A DNA stretch of 64,000 nt from Rubripirellula sp. (lineage in GTDB: Bacteria; Planctomycetota; Planctomycetia; Pirellulales; Pirellulaceae), in assembly GCA_965216875.1 (NCBI GenBank), contig OZ244207.1, positions 3,136,001-3,200,000 on the forward strand, in the 5' to 3' direction. Below the pieces are notes generated by a model. The model worked only from the letters and a program-made list of their open reading frames with translations, was not told the origin of the DNA and did no database searches. The translations under genes and the position numbers were made by a program. Below, one piece after another: positions 19,378-29,674 of this stretch (positions within the stretch are counted from its first letter, which is position 1; the number at the start of each line of letters is the position of its first letter).

Positions 19378-20898
19378 ATGGGTACCAATCCAGGTCCACA
19401 AGCTCGAACTGGCGCACAGTTTTTGTCTTTCGCATTGGCCGCATCCGCAGCGATGGCGATGTCGTTTTTGTCAAGCACGAAAGCGCTCGGCCAAATGTCC
19501 CTTCCGACAGATGTTGACCTGACGTGCCAAGTCTCGTCAAAAGACTTCGGCAACTGGTTCGTCGGCGGTACTCCTGCCCTCAACGGTCCGGTCAACCCGG
19601 CCGACAGCGTGAATCTGAGCACGTCAAGTTCGGTGTGTGACTTCTACAAATGGGGCGCGCAGATGTTTTTGTGGGTCACCTCGCCCAGCGGAAACGGCCT
19701 CGTGCTAGATAGTCCTGCTCTGTTTAACGTCCTCCCCGCCAATGCAAATAAGGTCCGCTACTTACAAGCGAACAGCGCGACCACAACGCCAGCGTTTTCG
19801 GTTCGCAGCACAAAACAAGACGACATCGGAGAGGTCGGCCAAGCCGGCAGCAGCGGCGTGCTCCTTTCGCAACAAGGTTCATTGGTTTATTACGGCGTTC
19901 ACGTCAACGAATTGTATGGTTATTTCTTAACAGGCCAAAAGAACAATGCCTTTCCTCAGCTAACGACCTTTCCTCGAAATCAATCCGACCTCACTTCGGT
20001 CACGAACTACGTTGCCAGCACTTTCCCGTCGGTCACGCTCGAAGCCCCCGAAACGCTTGTGATGGAATTCAAAACGTCATGGGTCAGCGCGGCGAGCGTA
20101 CCTGATGCGTCCCAATTCATCACGATGACCGCAACCGTTCCGGAGTACACGCCCAATTCGACCAACACCGAATGGAAGGCGACAGGAACAGCGACGCTTG
20201 ATTTGGCGCTAACAGGTATTCACATCGTTGGCACAGTCCAAAACCACCCTGAGTTTATTTGGATCACCTACGAACACATCATGAATGCTCCCGACCAAGA
20301 CTACTACTATCAATCGACCTCTTCGCCTAACCCGGTGCTGCATTCATTTGACTCAAGCGGGACCTTCTTGTTCATGGCGACGGGCGGACCGTCGGCCAGT
20401 GCAAATGTCGAATGTGCCTATGAAAAACACGGGAATATCCACGCGGCAACGCAACCCAATACGAACCCGCCTGTGTTGGTTTGTCCGAATGGAATCAGTC
20501 CATCGAATACGGTCCGCAATTACCCGTGGGGAAGTAAAGCCAATGACAACAGTGCTGCCGTTGTCAAAAACAACACCGACCTGCTCTCGATCAATCAATC
20601 GGTCCGCAGCCAGCTTGCCGCAGGCGACGTGCGCGCCAACTACATCCAAACTGCCGGAATCTGGACCACTGTTCCATCGCCCAAACAAGACGCACCGATC
20701 CCAAAAGCTTCGGGCTATTCCAAGTCAGACCTACGGGGTTCGCTGAAAGCGTTCAATTCGACGATGGAAACTTACACACAGGGCACGCACTGCTTTAGTT
20801 GTCACCAACAGTCGAGTACTGCAACAAACAGCTTCGGAAAGTCTCAACTTTCACATATCTATTCAGAAATCGCTCCGCTTCCAACGGTTGGAAAGTAA
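19378..20898 (+). CDS. secreted protein with C-terminal monoheme CxxCH, function unknown
   Basis: Hydrophobic N-terminus; NSTMETY..HCFSCH near C-terminus; S/T/N-rich; start uncertain (19279-19378). Confidence 0.65.
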   Translation: MGTNPGPQARTGAQFLSFALAASAAMAMSFLSSTKALGQMSLPTDVDLTCQVSSKDFGNWFVGGTPALNGPVNPADSVNLSTSSSVCDFYKWGAQMFLWVTSPSGNGLVLDSPALFNVLPANANKVRYLQANSATTTPAFSVRSTKQDDIGEVGQAGSSGVLLSQQGSLVYYGVHVNELYGYFLTGQKNNAFPQLTTFPRNQSDLTSVTNYVASTFPSVTLEAPETLVMEFKTSWVSAASVPDASQFITMTATVPEYTPNSTNTEWKATGTATLDLALTGIHIVGTVQNHPEFIWITYEHIMNAPDQDYYYQSTSSPNPVLHSFDSSGTFLFMATGGPSASANVECAYEKHGNIHAATQPNTNPPVLVCPNGISPSNTVRNYPWGSKANDNSAAVVKNNTDLLSINQSVRSQLAAGDVRANYIQTAGIWTTVPSPKQDAPIPKASGYSKSDLRGSLKAFNSTMETYTQGTHCFSCHQQSSTATNSFGKSQLSHIYSEIAPLPTVGK

Positions 20899-20931
20899 TA
20901 GCCGACAAACCGCTCGAGCCTGCCACAGAGT

Positions 20932-21861
20932 TCAATGGGTTCGCCCCGTTGCGTTGCTGTTGAACTCTGTGGCTTTCTGCATGGAGAGATGCCGGCGCAA
21001 AAACTGGTCGATTCGCGCAATCTGCGGCGATGTGTAAAAGCGTTCGCCACCGTGCGCCGCTCCATGCAAGACATCAAACTCGACCTCCAGTTCGAGCGAT
21101 TTGAACTTTCCGTGCAGTTCATGGGCCTGGTTGATCGGCATCTGTGGATCCTGGTCCCCATGAATCAACAAAAGGGGTGGGTCACTTTTGTCGACGTGAA
21201 AGACGGGGCTTGCCAGCTTCGCGACGTCCGGAACGCGATCGGGGTGTCCGCCAATGAAAAGGTCGAGAGCGGGCTCGCGTACACTCAACCCATGCGGTGT
21301 CGATTGGTTCAAGATTGTCGTCAGGTTGCTCGCTCCATAAAGGCTCACCGTTGCCTGAACCGACGAACTCTGATCAAGATGCTCCCCAATCGTTCCTTCG
21401 AGTTCCTGATGTTCGTTCGTCACCCCAACAAGCGCCGCGAGGTGTCCACCGGCAGAGGCACCGGCGATCGCGATCCGATTGCTCTCGTACCCGTACTTGT
21501 GTGCGTTGGCGCGAAGAAAACGAATGGCCGCTTTGATGTCGTGAATCTGGGCCGGGAACTTTGCGACGGGCGATAACCGATAACCAATCGACGCGACGGC
21601 CCAACCTCTTTCTTCGACGAGCTTCTTTACTGGCACCGACTCCTTGGCTCCGCGTCGCCACGCCCCCCCATGAATCCAAACCAATAGAGGCGTTTCCTCT
21701 GCATCGGGCGGAAGGTGCAAATCAAGTTTCAACGACACGCCATCGACCACACCAAACTCGATGTCGCGAATGGAGCTCTGCGCAAAAACCGATGATTCAC
21801 TCTTAGGAAATGCCACAAGAATCCCAAGCAAAAGCAAGATGCCAGACAATCGCTGGTACAT
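20932..21861 (-). CDS. alpha/beta hydrolase (carboxylesterase, HSL-like)
   Basis: IHGGAW, GASAGG nucleophile, HGDQD, AAHGG. Confidence 0.9.
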   Translation of the reverse strand: MYQRLSGILLLLGILVAFPKSESSVFAQSSIRDIEFGVVDGVSLKLDLHLPPDAEETPLLVWIHGGAWRRGAKESVPVKKLVEERGWAVASIGYRLSPVAKFPAQIHDIKAAIRFLRANAHKYGYESNRIAIAGASAGGHLAALVGVTNEHQELEGTIGEHLDQSSSVQATVSLYGASNLTTILNQSTPHGLSVREPALDLFIGGHPDRVPDVAKLASPVFHVDKSDPPLLLIHGDQDPQMPINQAHELHGKFKSLELEVEFDVLHGAAHGGERFYTSPQIARIDQFLRRHLSMQKATEFNSNATGRTH

Positions 21862-21938
21862 AGACAAACCCAACCGATCCAATCAATGGTGAGACAACCG
21901 CAGGAACACTTGATGCGGCAGACATAGATTAGACGAAA

Positions 21939-21971
21939 CGATCGGGCCCGTGCGATCGGGCCCGTGCGATC
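21939..21971. repeat. 14-bp tandem repeat (cgatcgggcccgtg x2.4)
   Basis: Read directly in intergenic DNA. Confidence 0.8.
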
Positions 21972-21991
21972 AGTGGCGATTTGCAGCACCA

Positions 21992-23497
21992 CTATTGCTC
22001 AGGAACTTGATACTTGGCCTTCAATGCCGCCAATTGTTGTTTCAGCTCTTTCGCCAGCGATTCCACCGCGTCAGTTCCGTAGAGGTTGTGCATTTCCTGA
22101 GGATCGTTTGCCAAGTCATACAGTTCCCAGTAGCCGAGCGTGTAGAAGTGGATCAGCTTGTAGCGCTGCGTGCGAATCCCCTCATGTTTGGCAACCTTGT
22201 GCCAAGAGTCTGCCCCTTCGTAGTAGTGGTAGTAGAGTGACTCTCGCCAGGTTGTCGGCTTACCGCGCAGAATCGGCACGAGACTGCGTCCCTGCATGTC
22301 GGTCGGGCTTTCGACTCCGGCAATGTCCAGAATCGTTTGGGCGTAGTCGAGATTCTGGACCAGCTCGTCGACCGATTGGCCTGGCTTGACCTTGCCCGGC
22401 CATTTGATCAGCAGGGGCGTCCGCATCGATTCCTCGTACATGAATCGCTTATCGAACCACCCATGCTCGCCAAGGTAGAAGCCTTGATCAGAGCTGTAGA
22501 TGACCACGGTATTCTTGTCTAACCCCGAATCCTTCAAGTAGTCGAGCATGCGTCCGACATTGTCGTCGACCGACGCGATACAGCGGAGGTAGTCCTTCAT
22601 GTAGCGTTGGTATTTCCAGCGAACAAGCGCTTCGCCACTTAGGTTCGACGCAATGAACTGCGCATTCTTGCCTGCATACGCTTTGTTCCAGCCGGCACGC
22701 TGCTTGTCCGTCATCCTGCCGATGTTGTAGTGCCAGATTTGTTTCTTCCTCCGATCAACGTCGAGTTCCCAAACTTTGTTGTCTGAGGTGAGATTCATCG
22801 TCTTGGCAATCGACATGTCCTGGTCGCGCGCCGCTGCACCACGTGACTCGTAGCTATCGAACAAGTTGTCAGGTTCAGGGATCGTGACGTCATCATAGAG
22901 AGCGAGGTGCTTGGGGCTCGGCATCCATTCACGATGCGGCGCCTTGTGCTGCAGCATCAACATGAACGGCTGATCTCGATTGTGATCGATCCATTCAATC
23001 GACTTATCCGTTATGAGATCCGTCACGTAGCCTGGCTCTCGGTGCCTACCTCGATTAGTAACGAAGTCAGGATTGTAGTAGTGGCCTTGTCCGGGCAAGA
23101 TCTCCCAATGGTTGAATCCCTGAGGCTGCGACTTCAGATGCCATTTACCGATCAGCGCCGTCTTGTAGCCGGCGTTTTGCAGGAGCTTGGGGAACGTTGT
23201 TTGCCCACCATCAAACAGATCGTCATTTTTCCGAAAGCCGTTGAGGTGACTGTGCTTTCCGGTAAGGATCACAGCTCGACTCGGGCCGCAAATCGAGTTT
23301 GTCACAAAGCTATTTCGGAAGATTGCGCCTTCGCTGGCAATTCGATCGATATTCGGCGTTTGATTCACCTTTGACCCATAGGCACTAATCGCCTGATAAG
23401 CGTGGTCATCGGTAAAGATAAACAGAATGTTCGGTCGTTCGCTTGCTGACGCCGTGCAAGCCAACGTCAACAGTGAGAGGGCAAGAGCAACTCGCAT
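21992..23497 (-). CDS. sulfatase (N-acetylglucosamine-6-sulfatase-like)
   Basis: [49 protein letters not shown]. Confidence 0.93.
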   Translation of the reverse strand: MRVALALSLLTLACTASASERPNILFIFTDDHAYQAISAYGSKVNQTPNIDRIASEGAIFRNSFVTNSICGPSRAVILTGKHSHLNGFRKNDDLFDGGQTTFPKLLQNAGYKTALIGKWHLKSQPQGFNHWEILPGQGHYYNPDFVTNRGRHREPGYVTDLITDKSIEWIDHNRDQPFMLMLQHKAPHREWMPSPKHLALYDDVTIPEPDNLFDSYESRGAAARDQDMSIAKTMNLTSDNKVWELDVDRRKKQIWHYNIGRMTDKQRAGWNKAYAGKNAQFIASNLSGEALVRWKYQRYMKDYLRCIASVDDNVGRMLDYLKDSGLDKNTVVIYSSDQGFYLGEHGWFDKRFMYEESMRTPLLIKWPGKVKPGQSVDELVQNLDYAQTILDIAGVESPTDMQGRSLVPILRGKPTTWRESLYYHYYEGADSWHKVAKHEGIRTQRYKLIHFYTLGYWELYDLANDPQEMHNLYGTDAVESLAKELKQQLAALKAKYQVPEQ

Positions 23498-23524
23498 GGT
23501 TTGTATTCGCTTTCTAACTGATGG

Positions 23525-25132
23525 CTACTTGTCTCTGCGAGCTTCGCGACTCGCCTTGCGTTTTAACCGGCGTTCTTCGTCAGTGATGGTTTGTTGTCGC
23601 TTGTCCGGCTGCGACTCTCGTTTTGACCTTGCGCTCGTCCAACGATTCAAGTCGACGGGGTTCTTTGCGATCCGGCCCGGTAGGTCATGCTTGTCCCACA
23701 TCGCCGCATACGTCTTGCTCATTTGGTCAACCGATTGTGTCTTTTGATAGACAGTGAACACCTCCGACATCGGATCGCTGCTTTGAGTGAGGTGACTGGC
23801 CATGCGGCGACGAAACGCATCGATCTTCTTGGCATGGCGGGGATCGTTGATCAGATTGTTCAGACAATGGGGATCATCCCGCAGATCGAAGAACTCCTCT
23901 GGAACACGGGTCAACAGGTATTCGGCACGCCTGGCCCATGCCGAATCGGATTGGCCGAGCATCAGCATCGTTCGGAAGGAGACACCGCCCATGGCAGAAC
24001 TGTTGTAAACAGGTTTGCCGTTGTGCCACGGGTTGAAAACGTACATTGACTCAGTGTCTTGAAGGCCGCGCATTTGATAGTTGGGTTGACCAATCTTCAT
24101 GTAGTACTGGGTGAAGATGTGGTCTCGATCGGGCTGCGAGCCGCCAGCCAAAAGCGGCATGAGGGATCGTCCGTCCATTCCACCCGGATTCTCGAGTCCT
24201 GCAGCCTCAAGAATGGTCGGCAGGATGTCCATCGATGAAATCATGTGGTCCTTGTCAATCTGGCCAGCCTCGATGTGTCCGTCCCACCTCACAATGAATG
24301 GCGTCCGCGTACTTTGCACGTAGCAATTGGATTTTGCTGACGGGACTGCCATACCATGATCTGATAGAAAGACGATCATGGTATCCGTTGCAAGCTGACG
24401 CTCTTCGATCACATCGACGATGCGTCCGACGACATCGTCACATCGTCTTACGGATGAGAAATAGCAGGCCTGTTCGTGCCTCACATCTGGATGATCAGGA
24501 ATCGTGGGATGAACAGGGATTTCCTCAGGCCGGTAGATGCGGCTTGGCACTTCCCCATCGCCATCAGAGCTTTCTCGATCAATCTTGAAATAGGGTCGGT
24601 GCGGATCATGTGAATTCACAACCAAGTAAAACGGCTTTGTCGCACTTAGTGAGCCATCAATGAAGTCGGCGACCTCGCGTTCGAACTCGTCGGTGTTTCT
24701 TCCCATCTCCGTCGCGACGTCCCATGGTGTGTCCTCGTAAGGTGTGCTGTGCTTGACCTTCCCCAGGATGCCAACGCGATACCCCGCGTCGTGCAGGATC
24801 TGCTGGACGGTCGGAACGTTCGGGAACCGAAGGTAAAAGAATCCTTCGCCACCACTTCGATGCCCACGCCGACCAGTACTGATGGCACTTCTTGATGGAT
24901 AGCAGGCCGTCGAAGCAACGTGAGCGTGCTCGAATCGGATGCCTTGTTCGGCAAGACGATCAATCGATGGGGTGACTTCCGGAAGCGGGCAACCATAGCA
25001 GCCGACCGAATCCCAATTCATGTCATCGGCGGTAATGATGATGACATTGGGACGGTCACCAGCGGCTTGGTCGGCACGCAGCGATGGCGCGAGCAACGCG
25101 ACCAGAATCAGCGCACAAGGAAAGGGTCGCAT
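23525..25132 (-). CDS. sulfatase (heparan N-sulfatase/sulfamidase-like)
   Basis: RPNVIIITADD, CYPSRSAISTG, DPHRPY, SDHG. Confidence 0.9.
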   Translation of the reverse strand: MRPFPCALILVALLAPSLRADQAAGDRPNVIIITADDMNWDSVGCYGCPLPEVTPSIDRLAEQGIRFEHAHVASTACYPSRSAISTGRRGHRSGGEGFFYLRFPNVPTVQQILHDAGYRVGILGKVKHSTPYEDTPWDVATEMGRNTDEFEREVADFIDGSLSATKPFYLVVNSHDPHRPYFKIDRESSDGDGEVPSRIYRPEEIPVHPTIPDHPDVRHEQACYFSSVRRCDDVVGRIVDVIEERQLATDTMIVFLSDHGMAVPSAKSNCYVQSTRTPFIVRWDGHIEAGQIDKDHMISSMDILPTILEAAGLENPGGMDGRSLMPLLAGGSQPDRDHIFTQYYMKIGQPNYQMRGLQDTESMYVFNPWHNGKPVYNSSAMGGVSFRTMLMLGQSDSAWARRAEYLLTRVPEEFFDLRDDPHCLNNLINDPRHAKKIDAFRRRMASHLTQSSDPMSEVFTVYQKTQSVDQMSKTYAAMWDKHDLPGRIAKNPVDLNRWTSARSKRESQPDKRQQTITDEERRLKRKASREARRDK

Positions 25133-25260
25133 GGCAACGAACTCTCAGAACTCAACGATTAACGGTGTTCGAACAATGGCATTCAATGGTCATATGCACG
25201 TGCAAGAGGATCCTGCCACCGTTTTGTGTGATTCCCGCCAGTTCGCCGCACTTGCACAGG

Positions 25261-26847
25261 CTACTGCGATTTCGATGTGACCGGATGGTTTTGAATTCGA
25301 ATCGCATCCAACGAGAAACGCAGCTCCGAATGAGGCTCCATCGTCAACTGCAGACCAATCGTGTTGACACTCGGATTGCTAAAGTGGGCTTCCGCCAACG
25401 GAATTCCATCGCCAAGCGTATTCCAGACGGTAACCGAGCCATCCGATACAGAAGCTCGCCACTGGCGTCTGTGGGGATGAACCTCGATCAGGAACCGGTA
25501 CGTTCGGTCCCGAAGCAAAGCGAGTTCCCCGGTCTGTTTCATCGACGCCTGCGGAATGAGCCAATGAAGTTGCTCTCGATCATCTGGCAGCGACGCTGCG
25601 ATTTCCCAGCCACGATGATCACCACTTGCTTCGGCCGTTCCCTGCGAGCCAAAGACTTTCATCGCACGCAGTTGCTGCGGATCGCTCTCGAGCCTCATCA
25701 AGAATTCAATCGTGTACGGTTGCTCGACGTCGAAAAGATCATAAGACCCAAAGTCGCGGACGAGTTTCAAATCGGCCGCGTCCGCACCGCTGGTGCCGGC
25801 GTAGGTGTAGTAGTTTCTTGTCCCGGGCGCAAGCGGATTTTCCACCTGAATTCCCGTCGCCAGTTCGTTGGTTGTGACGTTGACTGAATCGAATACCCAA
25901 GGGCTCAACCATCCCAATTTGGGTTCACCTGGATAAAGGTCGTCGTTGCGGAACGTTTCGCGAATCACTTTACGTCGCCGAATCATCGAGCGTGCATTTT
26001 CGAAACGGGACTGCGAGAACGCTTTCTGGCTTGTCGTTCCGTCCGGTCCTATGCGATAGGCCAATCCGGCTGCAACAAGCTGCTGGCCGGACTGTGGTGC
26101 GTGCTTTGCCGCCAGCTCAATCTGACCGTCAAACACGATCACTTCGGAAACACCGTCGGGACCTGCTGTCACACCGAACTCTGTGCCCAGGTCAACCACG
26201 TTCGCGCTCGACGTTGACACTTGAAACCCCTCCGCGCCATCGGGCACGTACGCGACGAGCTCGCCTGCGTGCAGAACGGCGTGGTCTCGGTTAACGAGCT
26301 CATAGACTGCTGGACCTTGAACCGTCACCACCACTCCGTGCTGGTAGGTCAATAGCAACGTGCCTGCCGCAAAGCTCAACCTTCCTTCGGAAAGGAGGTC
26401 GCCGGCCTGAACCGCCGCTTGCGAGGGTGTCCACTGGACGCCGACGAGTTCCGTCACCGTCGCGAGGGGTACTGACGTTGGCGTCAACTCGTCTTGCCAA
26501 TACCACCGAAATGCGAATCCAACTGCAATCAAAATGCTGGCAGCGATCGCCAGACGCAACGACACCGCCAGTCCGCCCCCTCGCGAGTCATGCCCGACGC
26601 CCTGCGAGTCATGCCCGACGCCCTGCGAGTCTGGGCCTCCAGCTTCAGCAGCCCCCAACAGGTCGGGTTTGATCTCGCATGACTCAAGGTCGCGATGGAG
26701 CGACACGACCAAATGATAATGCTGACGGGCTTCGCTTGAGCCCTGCAATAGAAACTCCAGTTCCCCCAGTTCCTCACCGGTGATCTCACCGTCGCAAAGC
26801 TTGCCAATGAGATGGGTCAAGCGATTTCGGTCGAGTGTCGATGACAT
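25261..26847 (-). CDS. FecR-domain anti-sigma factor with extracytoplasmic C-terminal domain
   Basis: N-terminal DGEIT..ELE..L..S.EAR; TM helix; VVDLGTEFGV FecR motif; TGATG overlap with sigma gene. Confidence 0.85.
   Translation of the reverse strand: MSSTLDRNRLTHLIGKLCDGEITGEELGELEFLLQGSSEARQHYHLVVSLHRDLESCEIKPDLLGAAEAGGPDSQGVGHDSQGVGHDSRGGGLAVSLRLAIAASILIAVGFAFRWYWQDELTPTSVPLATVTELVGVQWTPSQAAVQAGDLLSEGRLSFAAGTLLLTYQHGVVVTVQGPAVYELVNRDHAVLHAGELVAYVPDGAEGFQVSTSSANVVDLGTEFGVTAGPDGVSEVIVFDGQIELAAKHAPQSGQQLVAAGLAYRIGPDGTTSQKAFSQSRFENARSMIRRRKVIRETFRNDDLYPGEPKLGWLSPWVFDSVNVTTNELATGIQVENPLAPGTRNYYTYAGTSGADAADLKLVRDFGSYDLFDVEQPYTIEFLMRLESDPQQLRAMKVFGSQGTAEASGDHRGWEIAASLPDDREQLHWLIPQASMKQTGELALLRDRTYRFLIEVHPHRRQWRASVSDGSVTVWNTLGDGIPLAEAHFSNPSVNTIGLQLTMEPHSELRFSLDAIRIQNHPVTSKSQ
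26583..26631. repeat. 21-bp in-frame tandem repeat inside FecR gene (DSQGVGH x2.3)
   Basis: gcgagtcatgcccgacgccct x2 plus gcgagtc. Confidence 0.85.
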
Positions 26848-27365
26848 CAGCTAGGCTCCACCAGACGCCGATGAACACATTCGACCAAACCCTGACGAAT
26901 CCGCTGAAGCGATTTGTACAGCGAGTTGACCGAGCGGCCCATTTCCTCCGCCAATTCGATCAGGGTTTGTTCGTCTTCATATCGCGACTTGAGCAACGCT
27001 GCCTGCTTGTCGGTCAATCCAGCGAGACAAGCCTTCAATGCGCGTCGGCGTGATTCTTCCCAATCCTGGCTTTCAGGATAATCTTGAGCGAGCGACTCGA
27101 GAGTTTCCTCACTCAAATAGATCCGCCTGGATGCCTCCCGTCGTCGGTGCATGAGCACTTTGCGGTAGGCAAATCGGCTGGCCCAAGGCAGGAAGGGCAG
27201 GGAACGGTCGTACGAGGCAAAATGCTCCCAAAGCTGAACCATCGTTTCTTGAATCACATCGTCGGCGTCAGCGCGACTGTGCAGCAACGAATAGACGAAG
27301 CCGTACAACCGATGCTCATTGGCTGCGTAGAGCTCTGTGAATTCTTGGTGTCGATCATCGTCCAT
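26847..27365 (-). CDS. ECF sigma-70 factor (planctomycete type)
   Basis: ADADDVIQET..FLPWA region 2; LIELAEEMGRSVNSLYKSLQRIR region 4. Confidence 0.9.
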   Translation of the reverse strand: MDDDRHQEFTELYAANEHRLYGFVYSLLHSRADADDVIQETMVQLWEHFASYDRSLPFLPWASRFAYRKVLMHRRREASRRIYLSEETLESLAQDYPESQDWEESRRRALKACLAGLTDKQAALLKSRYEDEQTLIELAEEMGRSVNSLYKSLQRIRQGLVECVHRRLVEPS

Positions 27366-27810
27366 CGCGCAAGCCAATTCCGAAGCAGCAAAACGCTATT
27401 CTCGATCGCCACAAATGCCTGCCGCAACAGTCATATGAACGAAGTCCTGTCAAAATCGCATTGGAGTCGAACGATGCGACGTGAGTTATTCGCCACAACA
27501 AACCTCTCCGCTACTGCCCCAGCCGAACGAACGCCCGAAAAACGGCCAATACCCGAGCAGAAGTGTTGGAGTATCGTTGTCTCGAGCTGCGTTCGACTAG
27601 CAGGGAGAAGCTGTGGTGGCACTCGGGCATATGCGTAACGATGCGCGACCTGCCGCAAGATATCGAAAAAAAGATGATGTTTCCTGGCTCCGCATCCATC
27701 CCACGATTGACGGCGATTTCGCGGCAAAAGCGACAACACCGAAAGGCCTTCGCCCAATCAGGCAGGCCCGATCTTCTCGGAATTCGGGACCGGCACCCCA
27801 TGTTTGCCGG

Positions 27811-28995
27811 CTAGGTCGGCAGCGTGTCAGCTGACATCTCACAAGGCAGGTAGAGAGACAACGTGGTGCCAACGCCAACTGCCGATTCAACATCGATGCC
27901 ACCGCGATGCTGTTTCAACACGTTATAGACCGATGCCAGTCCAAGCCCGGTACCAGCGTCGGCCCGCTTGGTGCTGAAAAAAGGGTCAAACATTTGTTCG
28001 ATCACTTCGTCGGGCATTCCGGTCCCATTATCAGCCACTGAAACGACGACATGATTCCCAGGCTCACAGGGGATCGCCAGCCTCTTCCCTCGCTCTTCGT
28101 CGACGTACTTCGCTGTGAGCGTGATCTCGATCGTACCTTTACCGCCAATTGCGTCGCGGGCATTGAGAAGGAGATTGAGGAGCGCGCTTTGAATCTGATC
28201 GCTCTCACAATCGATTGAAAACTGCTGCTCGTCAGCAGACCAAACGATCTCTACCTCATCGCCAATACTGGTTTCCGCCAACAACAATGTGTTGTCGACG
28301 ATCTTCTCCAATTCACATTTCTTGGGATTCGACGGTCGCATGTGAGCAAAGGAGAGTAACCGCGACGTCACCGACGCTCCATGTTCGGCAGCCAAGTGAA
28401 TGTTCGCCGCCAGGTCTCGCAGCTCTTCCATTCCGGGCTCGCTGAGTCGAAACTGCAAGACTTGCGAGAAATTCAAAATGGCGGACAACACGTTGTTGAA
28501 ATCGTGGGCCATTCCGCCAGCAAGTTTGCCGAGCACATCGATCTTTTGGGCTTGCCGCAGCTGCGACTCAAGTGCCTTCTGCTCGGTAATGTCGAACATG
28601 GTTCCGACGCTGCGAATCAAGTTCCCAGAATCATCGCGAAACAGCACGCAATTCAAGACAACCGACCGAACGCTTCCATCGCTTCGCACCACGCGAACTT
28701 CCAACACCTCGCCACGGCCGGTCTGCAAGAGTTTTTCGCGCGTGGCGGTATAGAGATCCCAATCATCCTTGTGAATCGCTGCGTCGAATCGCTCGACCGA
28801 CGGCTCTTCTGAATTGGGCGCGAGGCCCAAGATCCGATAAACCCCATCGGACCACGAGACCTTTTGCGTGGCAAAATCCCACGACCAACAACCCATCTGC
28901 GAAATCTGTTCGGCAGTCGCCAAGAGTGCTTCGCGCTCTGACGGGTTGTCATCGAACCAACGATCCGACGGATCGGTTCCTTCGTTCAAGCTCAT
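27811..28995 (-). CDS. PAS-domain sensor histidine kinase (no receiver domain)
   Basis: PAS_3-like GCWSWD..WSD; AGGMAHDFNN H-box; NLLLNARDA, DNGTG, FDPFFSTK, GTGLGL. Confidence 0.92.
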   Translation of the reverse strand: MSLNEGTDPSDRWFDDNPSEREALLATAEQISQMGCWSWDFATQKVSWSDGVYRILGLAPNSEEPSVERFDAAIHKDDWDLYTATREKLLQTGRGEVLEVRVVRSDGSVRSVVLNCVLFRDDSGNLIRSVGTMFDITEQKALESQLRQAQKIDVLGKLAGGMAHDFNNVLSAILNFSQVLQFRLSEPGMEELRDLAANIHLAAEHGASVTSRLLSFAHMRPSNPKKCELEKIVDNTLLLAETSIGDEVEIVWSADEQQFSIDCESDQIQSALLNLLLNARDAIGGKGTIEITLTAKYVDEERGKRLAIPCEPGNHVVVSVADNGTGMPDEVIEQMFDPFFSTKRADAGTGLGLASVYNVLKQHRGGIDVESAVGVGTTLSLYLPCEMSADTLPT

Positions 28996-29096
28996 TTTCC
29001 GTTACCGTTGAACAAAAGGGCTAAACAGCCAAAAGCACAACTTTCGCTACCAGTGTCCGCAACATTGGAGTCGCGCTGCTGGAAGCCCACACTCAT

Positions 29097-29180
<84 letters not shown>

Positions 29181-29253
29181 GCACGCTTCCAACGCAAACC
29201 TGATCGTCACCAGTAGATCTAACAGGTCAGCCTGAAGGGAACGCTTCTGTACT

Positions 29254-29294
29254 GTAGGCCCGGATCAAGAAGCGACAGCGAGGCAGATCCGGCA
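29254..29294. repeat. GTAG-type REP-like palindrome (copy of 512-551)
   Basis: gtaggcccggatcaag...gcagatccggca. Confidence 0.65.
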
Positions 29295-29451
29295 TATTCC
29301 ACTACCTTTGCCGCTCCGGCGAGCGTAGCAACGGCTTACCGTTCGTCGTCCCACTTTTAGGCTGAAGAGCCTGAAGATTTCGGAGAATGCGTCGAGAGCA
29401 TTCGCGGGTTGGATGACGGGGGCGGATCGAAACGCTCACCGAAAAGAAGAG

Positions 29452-29536
<85 letters not shown>

Positions 29537-29674
29537 TTGCGTGTGCGATGCAGGGCATGAGTTTCGCAAATCCTTGATTCACGTCAACGCCCCTTCCACG
29601 CTCAATTTTTCTTTCGCTCTGCTTGCTAGACGATCATTCCGATTTTGAGGTTCGCACCGACAAAGATCGCCGCT

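Noticed and set aside
21939..26631. CRISPR array from the 14-bp and 21-bp repeats
   Set aside because: Tandem repeats without spacers, about two units each; no cas genes
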